Shown piece by piece: positions 38,738 to 48,502 of a DNA stretch of 64,000 bases. Below the pieces are notes generated by a model. The model saw only the letters and a list, made by a program, of their open reading frames with translations, had not been told where the DNA came from and made no database searches. Made by a program: the position numbers and the translations under genes. Within the stretch, counting starts at the first letter, position 1, and each line of letters opens with the position of its first letter. Source of the stretch: Bacteroidales bacterium (GTDB lineage Bacteria > Bacteroidota > Bacteroidia > Bacteroidales > VadinHA17); assembly GCA_046329875.1 (NCBI GenBank), contig JAXLTT010000008.1, positions 62,365 to 126,364 of the forward strand, in the 5' to 3' direction.

Positions 38738-39685
38738 TCAGAGTCCAAGTTTCTCAGAAATCTGAAGCATTCTTTTAATAGGGACAGCTGCACGTTCAAT
38801 AATATCAGCTGGCAATTCTATTTGAGGATCTTCGTTCTTCAGACATTCATATATCTTTTTCACAGTAATCAGTTTCATGAAATTACATTCACTGCAGGCA
38901 CATGTTGAATCCCTTGGAGGCACAGGTATAAAATTCTTTTTAGGGCAATATTTTGACATCTGGTGCAGTATCCCGGGCTCAGTGGCAACAATAAATGTAT
39001 TTCCTTTATCTTGTCTTACAAAAGAGAGCAGGGCAGAGGTTGAACCTATATAATCGGCAACAAGTCTGACAGGAAGTTCACATTCAGGATGAACTATAAC
39101 TTTTGCGTCTGGATTTGATTTTTTGAGTTTTATAATTGCTTCAAGTGAAAATTCTTCATGAACATGACAGGCTCCGTTCCAAACAAGCATATCACGACCT
39201 GTTTTGCTCATTATATAATTCCCAAGGTTCCTGTCGGGGGCAAAAATTATCTTTTCATCTTCAGGGAGCGATTCAATTATTGCAGCTGCATTTGATGATG
39301 TGCAGATTATATCAGAAAGTGCTTTTATTTCAGCAGAGGTGTTTACATAGGTTACAACTGTTCTTCCAGGGTTATCTTCAAGGAACTTCCTGAAATCAAC
39401 AGGATTGCAGGAATCAGACAATGAACAACCTGCAGCAATATCAGGAATAAGAACCTTCTTTTCAGGACTTAATATCTTGGCTGTTTCGGCCATAAATTTC
39501 ACACCAGCAAGAAGTATTATGTCTGCTTTATTTGAAGCTGCTTTCTGAGCCAGTGCAAGACTGTCACCTACAAAATCGGCTATATCCTGGATATCTCCTG
39601 TCTGGTAATAGTGAGCCAGGATAATCGCATTTTTCTCTTCTTTCAGTCTATTTATTTCAGCTATTATATTTTTTTCTTCTCCCAT
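38738..39685 (-). CDS. nadA: quinolinate synthase
   Basis: ILAHYYQ, the three-domain repeat, and Cys ligands (ACSECNFM). ATG at 39685 (the track starts at a TTG at 39709). Confidence 0.9.
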   Translation of the reverse strand: MGEEKNIIAEINRLKEEKNAIILAHYYQTGDIQDIADFVGDSLALAQKAASNKADIILLAGVKFMAETAKILSPEKKVLIPDIAAGCSLSDSCNPVDFRKFLEDNPGRTVVTYVNTSAEIKALSDIICTSSNAAAIIESLPEDEKIIFAPDRNLGNYIMSKTGRDMLVWNGACHVHEEFSLEAIIKLKKSNPDAKVIVHPECELPVRLVADYIGSTSALLSFVRQDKGNTFIVATEPGILHQMSKYCPKKNFIPVPPRDSTCACSECNFMKLITVKKIYECLKNEDPQIELPADIIERAAVPIKRMLQISEKLGL

Positions 39686-40247
39686 CACCGGTCTTCCCTT
39701 TTTCAACAATTATATATTTTCTTAATAAGCTTTTATATAAGATCTATGATAATGAATATTGGCTGTTAATTGTGTTGACAGATTAACTTATTTTCTCTTG
39801 TTTTTTTGTCTTTCAAAAGGCTTAAAACATCTTTTCAACAGGTCAAAAAATATACCAAAATTGACTATCAGTCTTTTAGAACAGTAATTAACATCTGTTA
39901 AGAACGGATTCCAGGTAATCAAACCATAACAAAAATATAGTTTTTAATGTTGATTCCGGGTTTATATCTGATGATTAATTGATGAAAACTGACAATTATG
40001 AAGCCAAAAATGGCCGGGAAAAGAGTTATTGTCGTTTTCGTCCGGATTATCAACATTGTTAATAAGAGTTTTTCTACAGGTAATTAACATTAAGGTTTAA
40101 TAAAGTCGTAGATCGTATAAACAAACAACGTCGATGGTATGTTATTAACTGGCCAGGTATGTTATTAAAAGAGAAAGATATATTTTTTTCCTTTTCGGCC
40201 AATTTGCTTAATTTGCATGAAATAGCGGGCAGGAAATACTTACAGGA

Positions 40248-40697
40248 ATGACTGACAGAAAACGAGTTGCAATTGCTGCTGATCACGCAGGATACTATTT
40301 AAAGGAAAAGATCATCGGGTATCTCAGGAACGAGAAGATAGATCTTAAGGATTTTGGAACAGACAGCCCGGAGAGTGTTGATTATCCCGATTATGGTCAT
40401 AAACTTGCAGATGCCGTTGCGGATGGTGAATATGACTTTGGCTTCACAATCTGTGCAACAGGAAACGGGATGAATATTACAGTTAACAAACACCAGGGCA
40501 TAAGGGGTGCGCTTTGCTGGAGTGAAGAGACAAGCCGTCTTGCCAGGGCACACAATGATGCAAATATTTGTTCAATACCGGCAAGGTTTGTGTCTGAGTC
40601 AGAAGCCATACTAATTGTAAAGACTTTCCTCGAGACCTCGTTTGACGGCGGGCGCCATGAAAGAAGAATAGGAAAAATACCAATCAAAATATACTGA
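40248..40697 (+). CDS. rpiB: ribose 5-phosphate isomerase B
   Basis: RpiB/LacAB fold with IAADHAGY and ICATGNGMNITVNK (catalytic Cys). Confidence 0.9.
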   Translation: MTDRKRVAIAADHAGYYLKEKIIGYLRNEKIDLKDFGTDSPESVDYPDYGHKLADAVADGEYDFGFTICATGNGMNITVNKHQGIRGALCWSEETSRLARAHNDANICSIPARFVSESEAILIVKTFLETSFDGGRHERRIGKIPIKIY

Positions 40698-40698
40698 G

Positions 40699-41139
40699 AT
40701 GCTTTCAAGTTCATGCAAGTACGGGATAAGGGCGGTTACATATATTGCCAGTAAATCAAAAGACAATACGAAGATTGGTATAAAGCAGATATCTGAAGAC
40801 CTCAACCTGCCGACGCCATTCCTTGCAAAAATTCTCCAGCTTCTTGCCAAGCAGAAGATCCTCAGTTCCTCAAAAGGGCCTCACGGAGGCTTTTCTCTCC
40901 TTAAAGATCCAAAAGAGATTACACTGCTCGACATAATAATGACAATTGACGGGAACGACCTCCTTGAAAACTGTATAATTCACAATACAACATGCAGCAG
41001 GGTGGGAGAAGAGAACCTTACATGCCCTATACACGAAGAGTATTCGAAACTCAGGGCTAATCTTGTAAAGCTTTTCGGGAAAAAGACTATTTATTCACTT
41101 GTGAAAGCTGCAGGAAAGGCAGAAGATGTGATTATCTGA
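40699..41139 (+). CDS. Rrf2 family transcriptional regulator (probable Fe-S type)
   Basis: N-terminal wHTH (YGIRAVTYIA...ISEDLNLPTPFLAKILQLL). Cys cluster C-x6-C-x9-C-x2-H. Starts 1 nt after the rpiB stop. Confidence 0.85.
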   Translation: MLSSSCKYGIRAVTYIASKSKDNTKIGIKQISEDLNLPTPFLAKILQLLAKQKILSSSKGPHGGFSLLKDPKEITLLDIIMTIDGNDLLENCIIHNTTCSRVGEENLTCPIHEEYSKLRANLVKLFGKKTIYSLVKAAGKAEDVII

Positions 41140-41509
41140 CCTTTTTCTGAAAGAAACGCCTGACAAGCAGCCAGGCACCGGCAGCGAGAATTACGCCGGC
41201 AATATCAGCGAAGAAATCAAGAATATCACCACTCCTTGTGGTTGTGAACATAGATTGCATTATTTCTATAAGCCCGCCAAACAAAACGGGGATGGAACCA
41301 AGAACAAGGAATTTTTTTCTGGTATCGGGAATATTCCGGTTCTCAAATGTAATTCCGAACATCAGGGCGAAATACATTACTGCATGAACGATCTTGTCGA
41401 GATATGGGATATGCGGAAGATTCAGGTTGCTGAAAGTTCCGGAGCCCGTGAAACTCAGAAAGAGTATCACAAGGGCAATAGTCATCGAAAACAGATTCTT
41501 TTTAAGCAT
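41132..41509 (-). CDS. VanZ family membrane protein
   Basis: 125 aa with 4 TM helices. DKIVHAVMYF and GDILDFFADIAG are VanZ-like. Confidence 0.7.
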   Translation of the reverse strand: MLKKNLFSMTIALVILFLSFTGSGTFSNLNLPHIPYLDKIVHAVMYFALMFGITFENRNIPDTRKKFLVLGSIPVLFGGLIEIMQSMFTTTRSGDILDFFADIAGVILAAGAWLLVRRFFQKKVR

Positions 41510-41578
41510 AATAAGGAATATGCAAAAGTAACAATTGATATAACATTTTATTTATAATTTTATTGCAGAGCACTTCCG

Positions 41579-42706
41579 ATGGCAGGAATCTACATACATA
41601 TACCATATTGCAGGAAAATCTGTAATTACTGCGATTTCTACAAGATCATCGACCCGGGTGACAGGACTCCTTTTATTGATGCGCTTACAAGGGAGGCAGA
41701 CCTGAGACGCGATTACCTGGAAGGGGAGAGCATATCTACAATTTATCTTGGTGGCGGAACTCCGTCACTGCTTACTTCCGGCGAGCTCAAAAGGATAATG
41801 GATGCAATCAGGAAGAACAACATTATTGATAATGATTGCGAAATTACAGCCGAACTAAATCCCGACGATATTGATATGCAGATGCTGGTAGGCCTAATGG
41901 AAAACGGCGTTAACAGGATTAGTCTCGGGATACAGTCGTGGCGCGATGAGGATCTTAAATTCCTTCACAGGCGGCATAATGCTGAAAAGGCAACTAAAGC
42001 ACTTGAAAACTGTTTCGATGCAGGTTTTGGAAATGTAACCATAGATCTCATCTACGGCCTGCCGGGCCTTACCACCCAGGCCTGGGAGAAAAACCTCGAC
42101 AAAAGCCTGGCCTACGGGATAAAACATCTTTCAGCCTATCATCTTACTATCGAGGAGGGGACCGTTCTGGGAAAAATGAAAAAAGCCGGACACCTGACCG
42201 AAATCGATGAAGAAGAGAGCAACAACCAGTTCAACGTGCTTATAGAGAAGACCGAGAAGGCCGGCTTTATCCATTACGAGATTTCAAATTTCGGCAGGGA
42301 GGGCTACTTCTCACGGCATAACACAAATTACTGGCGGCAGGTCAGCTACCTCGGACTTGGACCATCTGCCCATTCTTTTAATAATTTCTCACGACAGTGG
42401 AATGTCAGGGATGTGAAAAAATATATAGTTGCAGTTAATTCAGGTAAACCATATTTCGAGAAAGAAGACCTCGATATGAAAACCCGCTTCAATGAATACA
42501 TAATGACATCCCTTAGAACCATGTGGGGCATTGACCTCGGATGGGTCGAGACGGCTTTTGAAAAGGAGGGATACGATTATGTTATAAACCTGTCCGGCAA
42601 GTTCATAGGCTATGGACTTATGAAACACGAGGGAAACACCCTTGTACTGACAACACAGGGAAAAATGATCTCGGATAATATAATATCCGAGTTCATGATG
42701 CTCTAG
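41579..42706 (+). CDS. hemW: radical SAM heme chaperone HemW (oxygen-independent coproporphyrinogen oxidase-like)
   Basis: CxxxCxxC in YCRKICNYCDF, GGGTPS, and a C-terminal HemN_C-like domain. Confidence 0.9.
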   Translation: MAGIYIHIPYCRKICNYCDFYKIIDPGDRTPFIDALTREADLRRDYLEGESISTIYLGGGTPSLLTSGELKRIMDAIRKNNIIDNDCEITAELNPDDIDMQMLVGLMENGVNRISLGIQSWRDEDLKFLHRRHNAEKATKALENCFDAGFGNVTIDLIYGLPGLTTQAWEKNLDKSLAYGIKHLSAYHLTIEEGTVLGKMKKAGHLTEIDEEESNNQFNVLIEKTEKAGFIHYEISNFGREGYFSRHNTNYWRQVSYLGLGPSAHSFNNFSRQWNVRDVKKYIVAVNSGKPYFEKEDLDMKTRFNEYIMTSLRTMWGIDLGWVETAFEKEGYDYVINLSGKFIGYGLMKHEGNTLVLTTQGKMISDNIISEFMML

Positions 42707-42715
42707 GATCGCGTC

Positions 42716-43621
42716 CTATCTTTTTGTAAGAATGAAAGAACACCCGCCTATCTGGTTCCCGTCAAGGTATAGTTCAGCCTTATAATTACCTATTACAAAA
42801 TCGGTTGATTTATCAACAAAGATGCACATTTCAACATCCTGGTTCAGATAATCGACCTGCCGGCTTGCAGTATAAATGATTTTTTTACCGTTGTACTCAA
42901 AAAGATTGTCGGAGCTTGATGCAATAACAAGTGAATCAGGCCTCATAATCCTCAGGTAAACTGTTTTTTGCCCTGCTGTTGCAATAGGGTTTTCCCTGAG
43001 AGTGAAACAAACCTGGAGTTTTTCCATCCTGTCGAGCCTTGTTGTTTCCTTCCGGTTTTTATTAAGAGAAACAGTCCTTACATCCTTTGCCTGGATCACA
43101 GAGGCAACCTCTACTTTTGATGTCAGCTCTTTTTTGACTTTTGATAATTCATCGTTGTTTTTCTGAACCTTGTTAATCTGTTGCTTAATATCCTGGTTTT
43201 CTGCTACAAGGATTTTATTCCTTGTATTAAGTGAATCTATCTGGACAATGTAACTTTTCATAATCTCGCGCATTGTCGAGATTTCTGTTTTGTACTTCCT
43301 TATAAGCTGGACATTTGAAGCATTGATCGACAACAGCTGCTTTATCCTCTCTTTTTCCTTCTCGAGATGTGCGTTCAGCGTGTCGTTATTTGACCTGAGC
43401 GTATCATATCCGTGGATCATCAGGCGGAGTTCGTTGGCAAGAGAGTCCTTCTCCTGTGTAAGAACAGTCTCCATCTCCACCATCCTGTTCTTCTGGCCAA
43501 AGTAGCTGAAAACAAGAAATGCCAGGGCCAGGGCAAGGATCACTGTAAGAAAGATGAGGAATACTGGCGTCCCCTTCTTCTCGTCACCCGCATATCCGGA
43601 AGTCTGATTCATATCGTTCAT
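42716..43621 (-). CDS. hypothetical membrane-anchored coiled-coil protein
   Basis: One N-terminal TM helix, about 130 aa of coiled coil, and a C-terminal beta domain. I recognise no family. Confidence 0.6.
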   Translation of the reverse strand: MNDMNQTSGYAGDEKKGTPVFLIFLTVILALALAFLVFSYFGQKNRMVEMETVLTQEKDSLANELRLMIHGYDTLRSNNDTLNAHLEKEKERIKQLLSINASNVQLIRKYKTEISTMREIMKSYIVQIDSLNTRNKILVAENQDIKQQINKVQKNNDELSKVKKELTSKVEVASVIQAKDVRTVSLNKNRKETTRLDRMEKLQVCFTLRENPIATAGQKTVYLRIMRPDSLVIASSSDNLFEYNGKKIIYTASRQVDYLNQDVEMCIFVDKSTDFVIGNYKAELYLDGNQIGGCSFILTKR

Positions 43622-43743
43622 TGCCTTATCTTTTTAATCTGTTAAGCGATGCAAAAATAATAATATCCACTTATTTAATAATATGGCGCCCAATGATTAA
43701 ATTTACCTGAGAACTCTCTTCATACTCACTAAAATTCAAATCA

Positions 43744-45147
43744 ATGGGCGGCTTTTTCGGTGCAATTTCAAAAGAGAACTGTGTAAATGATGTGTTTTAT
43801 GGAACCGACTATCATTCTCACCTTGGAACAAAACGGGCGGGCATGGTTTTTATTTTACCGGGAAATGAATTCCGGAGGTCTATTCACAGCATAGAAAGTG
43901 ATTATTTCCGCAGCAAATTTGCAGATGATCTGAAAAGCTTCAGCGGGAATTCAGGCCTTGGCGTTATAAGCGATACAGACCCGCAGCCAATATTGTTTAA
44001 TTCGCACCTGGGCCGTTTTGCAATCGCAACAGTAAGCCGGATAGTTAACCTTGCAGAGCTTGAAGAGTATTTTCTCGGGAGGAAAACACATTTCACTGAG
44101 AATTTCGAGGGAAATATAAACCCTACAGAAGTGGTTGCCAACCTGATCTGCGAAAAGGAGAGTTTTCTTGAGGGGATTGAAAATGTATATGCACGGGTAA
44201 AGGGATCGTGTTCAATGCTGATACTCAATGAAGAGGGGATTATTGCTGCCCGTGACAAGCTTGGGCGAACACCTATTGTACTTGGAAGGAAGGATGGGGC
44301 ATTCGCAGTGGCTTCCGAAAGCTGTTCCTTCCCGAATACCGGGTATGAAACCGAGTATTTCCTGGGTCCTTCAGAAGTACTCCACATTACTCCAGATGGT
44401 TATACAAGACTAAAAGAACCTTCCGAAAGAATGCAAATCTGTTCGTTTCTCTGGGTTTATTACGGTTATCCTCCATCATATTACGAGGGCATAAATGTAG
44501 ACAAGACCAGGTACAGGTGCGGGGCCGCACTCGCACGAAGGGATAAGGTCAGGGCTGACTTTGTTTGCGGCATACCCGATTCAGGTATAGGGCATGCCGT
44601 CGGATATGTAAACGAAAAGAGGATACCCTATGGCTATGCATTCTCTAAATACACACCAACATGGCCAAGGAGTTTTATGCCACAGGTGCAGGAAAAACGC
44701 GACCTGGTTGCCAGGATGAAGCTAATCCCAAACAGGTCGATAATTGAAGGGAACAGGCTTGTCTTCCTCGACGACAGTATTGTTCGCGGAACCCAGCTGA
44801 AAGACAACACGGCCGACCTCAGAAAATCTGGAGCAGCTGAAGTACATATGCGGATAGCCTGCCCGCCACTGTTGTTTTCATGCGATTTCCTGAACTTTTC
44901 ACAATCGAGATCTGTTCTGGAACTGGCAGGCAGAAAAGCTATAAACCAGCAGGGGGGCGACGAGAAGGATCTTGCCGAATATGCAGATCCGGATTCAGCA
45001 AAGCATGCTAAAATGGTTGAGCAGGTTGCCAGGAACCTCGACCTTGATTCTCTTATGTACCAGCGCCTTGATGACCTTGTGGAGGCAATAGGGCTTCCGA
45101 AAGAGAAACTATGCACCCACTGCTGGGACGGGTCAAGTTATTTTTAA
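43744..45147 (+). CDS. amidophosphoribosyltransferase-like protein (class II GATase fold plus PRTase) lacking the N-terminal Cys nucleophile
   Basis: PRPP-binding loop LVFLDDSIVRGTQL. The N-terminus reads MGGFFG instead of MCG. The C-terminus reads CTHCWDG. Confidence 0.75.
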   Translation: MGGFFGAISKENCVNDVFYGTDYHSHLGTKRAGMVFILPGNEFRRSIHSIESDYFRSKFADDLKSFSGNSGLGVISDTDPQPILFNSHLGRFAIATVSRIVNLAELEEYFLGRKTHFTENFEGNINPTEVVANLICEKESFLEGIENVYARVKGSCSMLILNEEGIIAARDKLGRTPIVLGRKDGAFAVASESCSFPNTGYETEYFLGPSEVLHITPDGYTRLKEPSERMQICSFLWVYYGYPPSYYEGINVDKTRYRCGAALARRDKVRADFVCGIPDSGIGHAVGYVNEKRIPYGYAFSKYTPTWPRSFMPQVQEKRDLVARMKLIPNRSIIEGNRLVFLDDSIVRGTQLKDNTADLRKSGAAEVHMRIACPPLLFSCDFLNFSQSRSVLELAGRKAINQQGGDEKDLAEYADPDSAKHAKMVEQVARNLDLDSLMYQRLDDLVEAIGLPKEKLCTHCWDGSSYF

Positions 45148-45156
45148 AATATTATT

Positions 45157-46011
45157 ATGGGCAGGAAATATATAGGGGCTCATGTAAGTGCCGCAGGGGG
45201 AGTTGAAAATGCCCCGCTGAATGCAGTTGAAATAGGAGCAAGGGCCTTTGCCCTGTTCACAAAGAATCAAAAGCAATGGTCGTCCCCGCCATTAACAAGC
45301 GCCTCGGTAAAGATGTTCAGGGAAAATTGTGAGAAACACGATTTCAGGCCTTTCCAGATACTGCCGCACGACAGCTACCTGATAAACCTTGGCCACCCAG
45401 GGAAAGAGGAGATTCAAAAATCGCGTTCAGCCTTTATTGATGAAATGAAACGATGTGAGATACTCGGTCTCGACAGGCTGAATTTTCACCCCGGCAGCCA
45501 CCTGAATCTTACAGGTGAGGAAGAGTGCCTTAAAATAATTGCCGAATCAATAAATATTGCCCTTGACGCAACAAGTGGTGTTACTGCAGTTATTGAGAAT
45601 ACTGCAGGACAGGGCACTAACCTGGGCCACACATTCGAACAGATAAAGTTTATTATCGACAGGGTTGAGGACAAGACAAGGGTTGGGGTGTGTGTTGATA
45701 CATGCCACGCCTATACTGCAGGCTATAATATAAAAACTGCCTACGGGTTCAGCGAGACATTCCGGAAATTTGAAAATATAATAGGTATAGGCTACCTGAA
45801 AGGAATGCATATTAATGATTCGAAAAAAGAACATGCCTCCAGGGTTGACAGGCATGAAAACCTCGGCCGCGGTTTTCTTGGAGAAGATCTCTTCTGGAAC
45901 CTTATGAATGATCCGCGGTTTGACGATATGCCGCTGATACTTGAGACTCCCGATGAGACATTGTGGAAGGAAGAGATCAGGCGTCTTTATTCCTTCGTCA
46001 GGAACGGATAG
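45157..46011 (+). CDS. nfo: deoxyribonuclease IV (endonuclease IV)
   Basis: AP endonuclease 2 TIM barrel with [23 protein letters not shown]. Confidence 0.9.
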   Translation: MGRKYIGAHVSAAGGVENAPLNAVEIGARAFALFTKNQKQWSSPPLTSASVKMFRENCEKHDFRPFQILPHDSYLINLGHPGKEEIQKSRSAFIDEMKRCEILGLDRLNFHPGSHLNLTGEEECLKIIAESINIALDATSGVTAVIENTAGQGTNLGHTFEQIKFIIDRVEDKTRVGVCVDTCHAYTAGYNIKTAYGFSETFRKFENIIGIGYLKGMHINDSKKEHASRVDRHENLGRGFLGEDLFWNLMNDPRFDDMPLILETPDETLWKEEIRRLYSFVRNG

Positions 46012-46015
46012 GAAA

Positions 46016-46792
46016 TCAGTTTATCATTCCCGAAATATCAATCTGGTTCAGCTGCCTGGTTGTTATATTATAACCCAGATCGAATAGCTCCCTGGCCTGT
46101 GAGGGATCAAGAATTTTATAATCCTTTAATTCGGGTGGTGCGAAAAGAAGGTCAAACTTGCCCGCCTTTTCATTGAGCTCGCGCGACACGCTGAGCATGA
46201 AGGTCCTCATTGCGATTTGAATCACTGATGTAAGATGTTCCTCGTTGCCCGTAGGGTTTACAAATGAACCTACCAGGTAATCGCATTTTCCCTCCAGTGG
46301 CATTACAGGAAGGTTGTCGAGAACCCCGCCGTCAACATACTGTATCCCTTCTATTTCCTGCGGAAGGAACAGCACGGGGATACTTGCCGAGGCAATTATT
46401 GCAGGAATCAGTTCTCCTTCGGAAAAGTATACAACTTTGCCATTATTAAGATCCGTGGCCGCTATTACAAGCGGAATCTTAAGATCTTCAAACCGGGATG
46501 CCTTCAGGCTGGATCTCAGGATTTTGTCGACACCCGAGATTTTCATAAAACCCATTCTTGGCATTGTGAATGAGAAAAAATCGAAACTGCTTTTTGAATT
46601 CATCAGTTTCATTATTTCATCGGGACTATAGCCATCTGCATATAGAGCCCCGACAATTGCGCCGGCGCTTGTACCTGAGACTATACCGGGAAAAATGCCC
46701 TTATCATTCAGTGCCCTTATGACCCCGAGGTGGGCAAATCCCCTCGCCCCTCCACCACTTAATACAAGTCCTGTTTTGTACCTGGCTTCCAA
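46016..46792 (-). CDS. patatin-like phospholipase family protein
   Basis: Oxyanion GGGARG, nucleophile GTSAG, and a catalytic DGG (VDGGVLDN). Confidence 0.85.
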   Translation of the reverse strand: MEARYKTGLVLSGGGARGFAHLGVIRALNDKGIFPGIVSGTSAGAIVGALYADGYSPDEIMKLMNSKSSFDFFSFTMPRMGFMKISGVDKILRSSLKASRFEDLKIPLVIAATDLNNGKVVYFSEGELIPAIIASASIPVLFLPQEIEGIQYVDGGVLDNLPVMPLEGKCDYLVGSFVNPTGNEEHLTSVIQIAMRTFMLSVSRELNEKAGKFDLLFAPPELKDYKILDPSQARELFDLGYNITTRQLNQIDISGMIN

Positions 46793-46804
46793 TTTATAAG
46801 TATG

Positions 46805-48094
46805 TTATTTTATGATAATATCGTACAGAAGCTTGAAATTAAGCACAGCAATAATTGCAGATATAATTACAAGGGTCACCTTAAGCAGCCCGCCGTTTGC
46901 ATATTTGCCCATAACCTTTTTCGATGAGGTAAGATAGACCTGCACTATTACAGTGAATGGCAGTTGAATACTCAGAAATACCTGGGAAAGGATAAGGGCC
47001 CTGAACGGGTTACCAATGAAAATGATTATTATAAGTGCACATAATAGCGAGCCGATTGCTCCCGTACGTGAATGGTTGTCTTTAATGTCGTATGGCTCCC
47101 CGTACATACCTGAAAGTATTGAGCCCCCGGCCATGGCTGATGTAATTGACGATGCAACTCCTGAAAAAAGGAGAGCTATCGCAAAAACGACTGAAGCGTT
47201 ATTGCCAAGAAGCGGGGTAAGCAGGCTCTGGGATTGCTGCAGCTCGTCAACCTTTATGTTATGCCTGAAGAAGGTGGCTGCCGCAAGGATTATCATAGCA
47301 CTGTTTATGGCCCAGCCGATTATCATTGAAAGCAGGGTGTCGGCAAATTCAAACCTGAGTTGCTTACGGATGACTTTCTCGTCCTGCAGGTTCCACTGGC
47401 GGCTCTGTATCACTTCTGAATGCAGGAAAAGGTTATGAGGCATTACCACGGCGCCAAGAACACTCATTATAAGGAGGGCGGACCCTTCAGGGAAGGAGGG
47501 TTTTACCCAGGAAACCATCGCCTGTGGCCAGTCGACATCCACAAGGTAAAGCTCGTAAAGAAAAGACAGGCCTATTACAGATACAAACCCGATTATGAAT
47601 TTCTCAATCTTGCTGTAGGAATTTGTAAGGAGCATAATTATTACAAATACAGTCACCAGCAGAGCCCCTAACGAAATCGGGATATTAAAAAGCATCTGAA
47701 GTGCAATTGAAGCACCAAGAATCTCGGCCAGCGACGTTGCAACAGAGGCAATGATTGCAAAGCCGAGCACCGACCGTGAAACAACCGGGGGAAGATGAAT
47801 TGTGGCTGCTTCTGACAGGCAGAGCCCGGTTGCAATTCCAAGGTGGGCAACGTTATGCTGAAGTATAATCAGCATAACTGTTGAAAGGGTTACAATCCAT
47901 AAAAGAGTATAACCAAACTGGGACCCTGTAGCAATATTTGCAGCCCAGTTTCCGGGATCTATAAAACCAACTGTAACAAGCAGCCCCGGGCCGATATATT
48001 TAATTATATCAAGAGCTCCGTAGGCCGGCTTATGATCACGCCTGCGCAGATCCCTGAAGAAATGGAATATGTTGAAAGAATTTTTGCTTTCCAT
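46805..48094 (-). CDS. mntH: Nramp family divalent metal (Mn2+/Fe2+) transporter
   Basis: DPGN motif (FIDPGNWAANI) and 11 TM helices. I prefer the ATG at 48094 because a TATATTTG box lies inside the TTG-extended ORF. Confidence 0.85.
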   Translation of the reverse strand: MESKNSFNIFHFFRDLRRRDHKPAYGALDIIKYIGPGLLVTVGFIDPGNWAANIATGSQFGYTLLWIVTLSTVMLIILQHNVAHLGIATGLCLSEAATIHLPPVVSRSVLGFAIIASVATSLAEILGASIALQMLFNIPISLGALLVTVFVIIMLLTNSYSKIEKFIIGFVSVIGLSFLYELYLVDVDWPQAMVSWVKPSFPEGSALLIMSVLGAVVMPHNLFLHSEVIQSRQWNLQDEKVIRKQLRFEFADTLLSMIIGWAINSAMIILAAATFFRHNIKVDELQQSQSLLTPLLGNNASVVFAIALLFSGVASSITSAMAGGSILSGMYGEPYDIKDNHSRTGAIGSLLCALIIIIFIGNPFRALILSQVFLSIQLPFTVIVQVYLTSSKKVMGKYANGGLLKVTLVIISAIIAVLNFKLLYDIIIK

Positions 48095-48127
48095 AACAGT
48101 ATCAGGGTCAACTATCCTGAACAAACA

Positions 48128-48135
48128 CAAATATA
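48128..48135 (-). promoter_or_regulatory. candidate -7 box TATATTTG for mntH
   Basis: The reverse complement of CAAATATA at 48128-48135. It lies about 34 nt upstream of the ATG at 48094. Confidence 0.3.
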
Positions 48136-48210
48136 ATCAATGAGGAAGAAAAACAGGCCGGCTCTTTTAATCCTGATATTATTATAATTTTGAGAATAAA
48201 ATATAAAAAG

Positions 48211-48501
48211 ATGCAATTCCTGCTTACTGCCTACGATGGCACAGATACTGATGCCGAAAACAGGAGAATGTCGGCCCGCCCCGAACACCTTGAAAAGATC
48301 GGCGTCCTCAAGAGAAAAGGGGAATTTCTTTTCGGCGGTGCAATTCTAAACGATGAAGGGAAGATGATAGGTTCAATGATAGTATATGAAGCTCCCGACA
48401 GGAAAACACTTGATCAGATACTGAAAGATGAGCCATACATTTACAAGGGTGTATGGAAGTCTTTTGAAATTGTCCCCTTCCGCCTTGCAAATATCAGCTG
48501 A
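48211..48501 (+). CDS. YciI family protein
   Basis: About 96 aa. LLTAYDG...RPEHL...GG is a YciI-like pattern. ATG at 48211. Confidence 0.7.
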   Translation: MQFLLTAYDGTDTDAENRRMSARPEHLEKIGVLKRKGEFLFGGAILNDEGKMIGSMIVYEAPDRKTLDQILKDEPYIYKGVWKSFEIVPFRLANIS

Positions 48502-48502
48502 T

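Noticed and set aside
39998-40087. 29-codon small ORF (MKPKMAGKRVIVVFVRIINIVNKSFSTGN) in the long intergenic region
   Set aside because: It has no recognisable upstream promoter box or ribosome-binding context, and there is no conservation evidence available. I keep it only as something to test with Ribo-seq.
39883-40095. 11-mer GTAATTAACAT occurring twice (about 39886 and about 40079)
   Set aside because: A single exact 11-mer repeat in a 560-nt AT-rich region is about what chance predicts. There is no extended similarity around it.
40074-40286. 70-aa minus-strand ORF in the nadA-rpiB intergenic region
   Set aside because: It overlaps the rpiB start. It is an AT-rich translation (Ser/Asn/Phe/Leu) with no signal or motif, and probably reflects the region's base composition.
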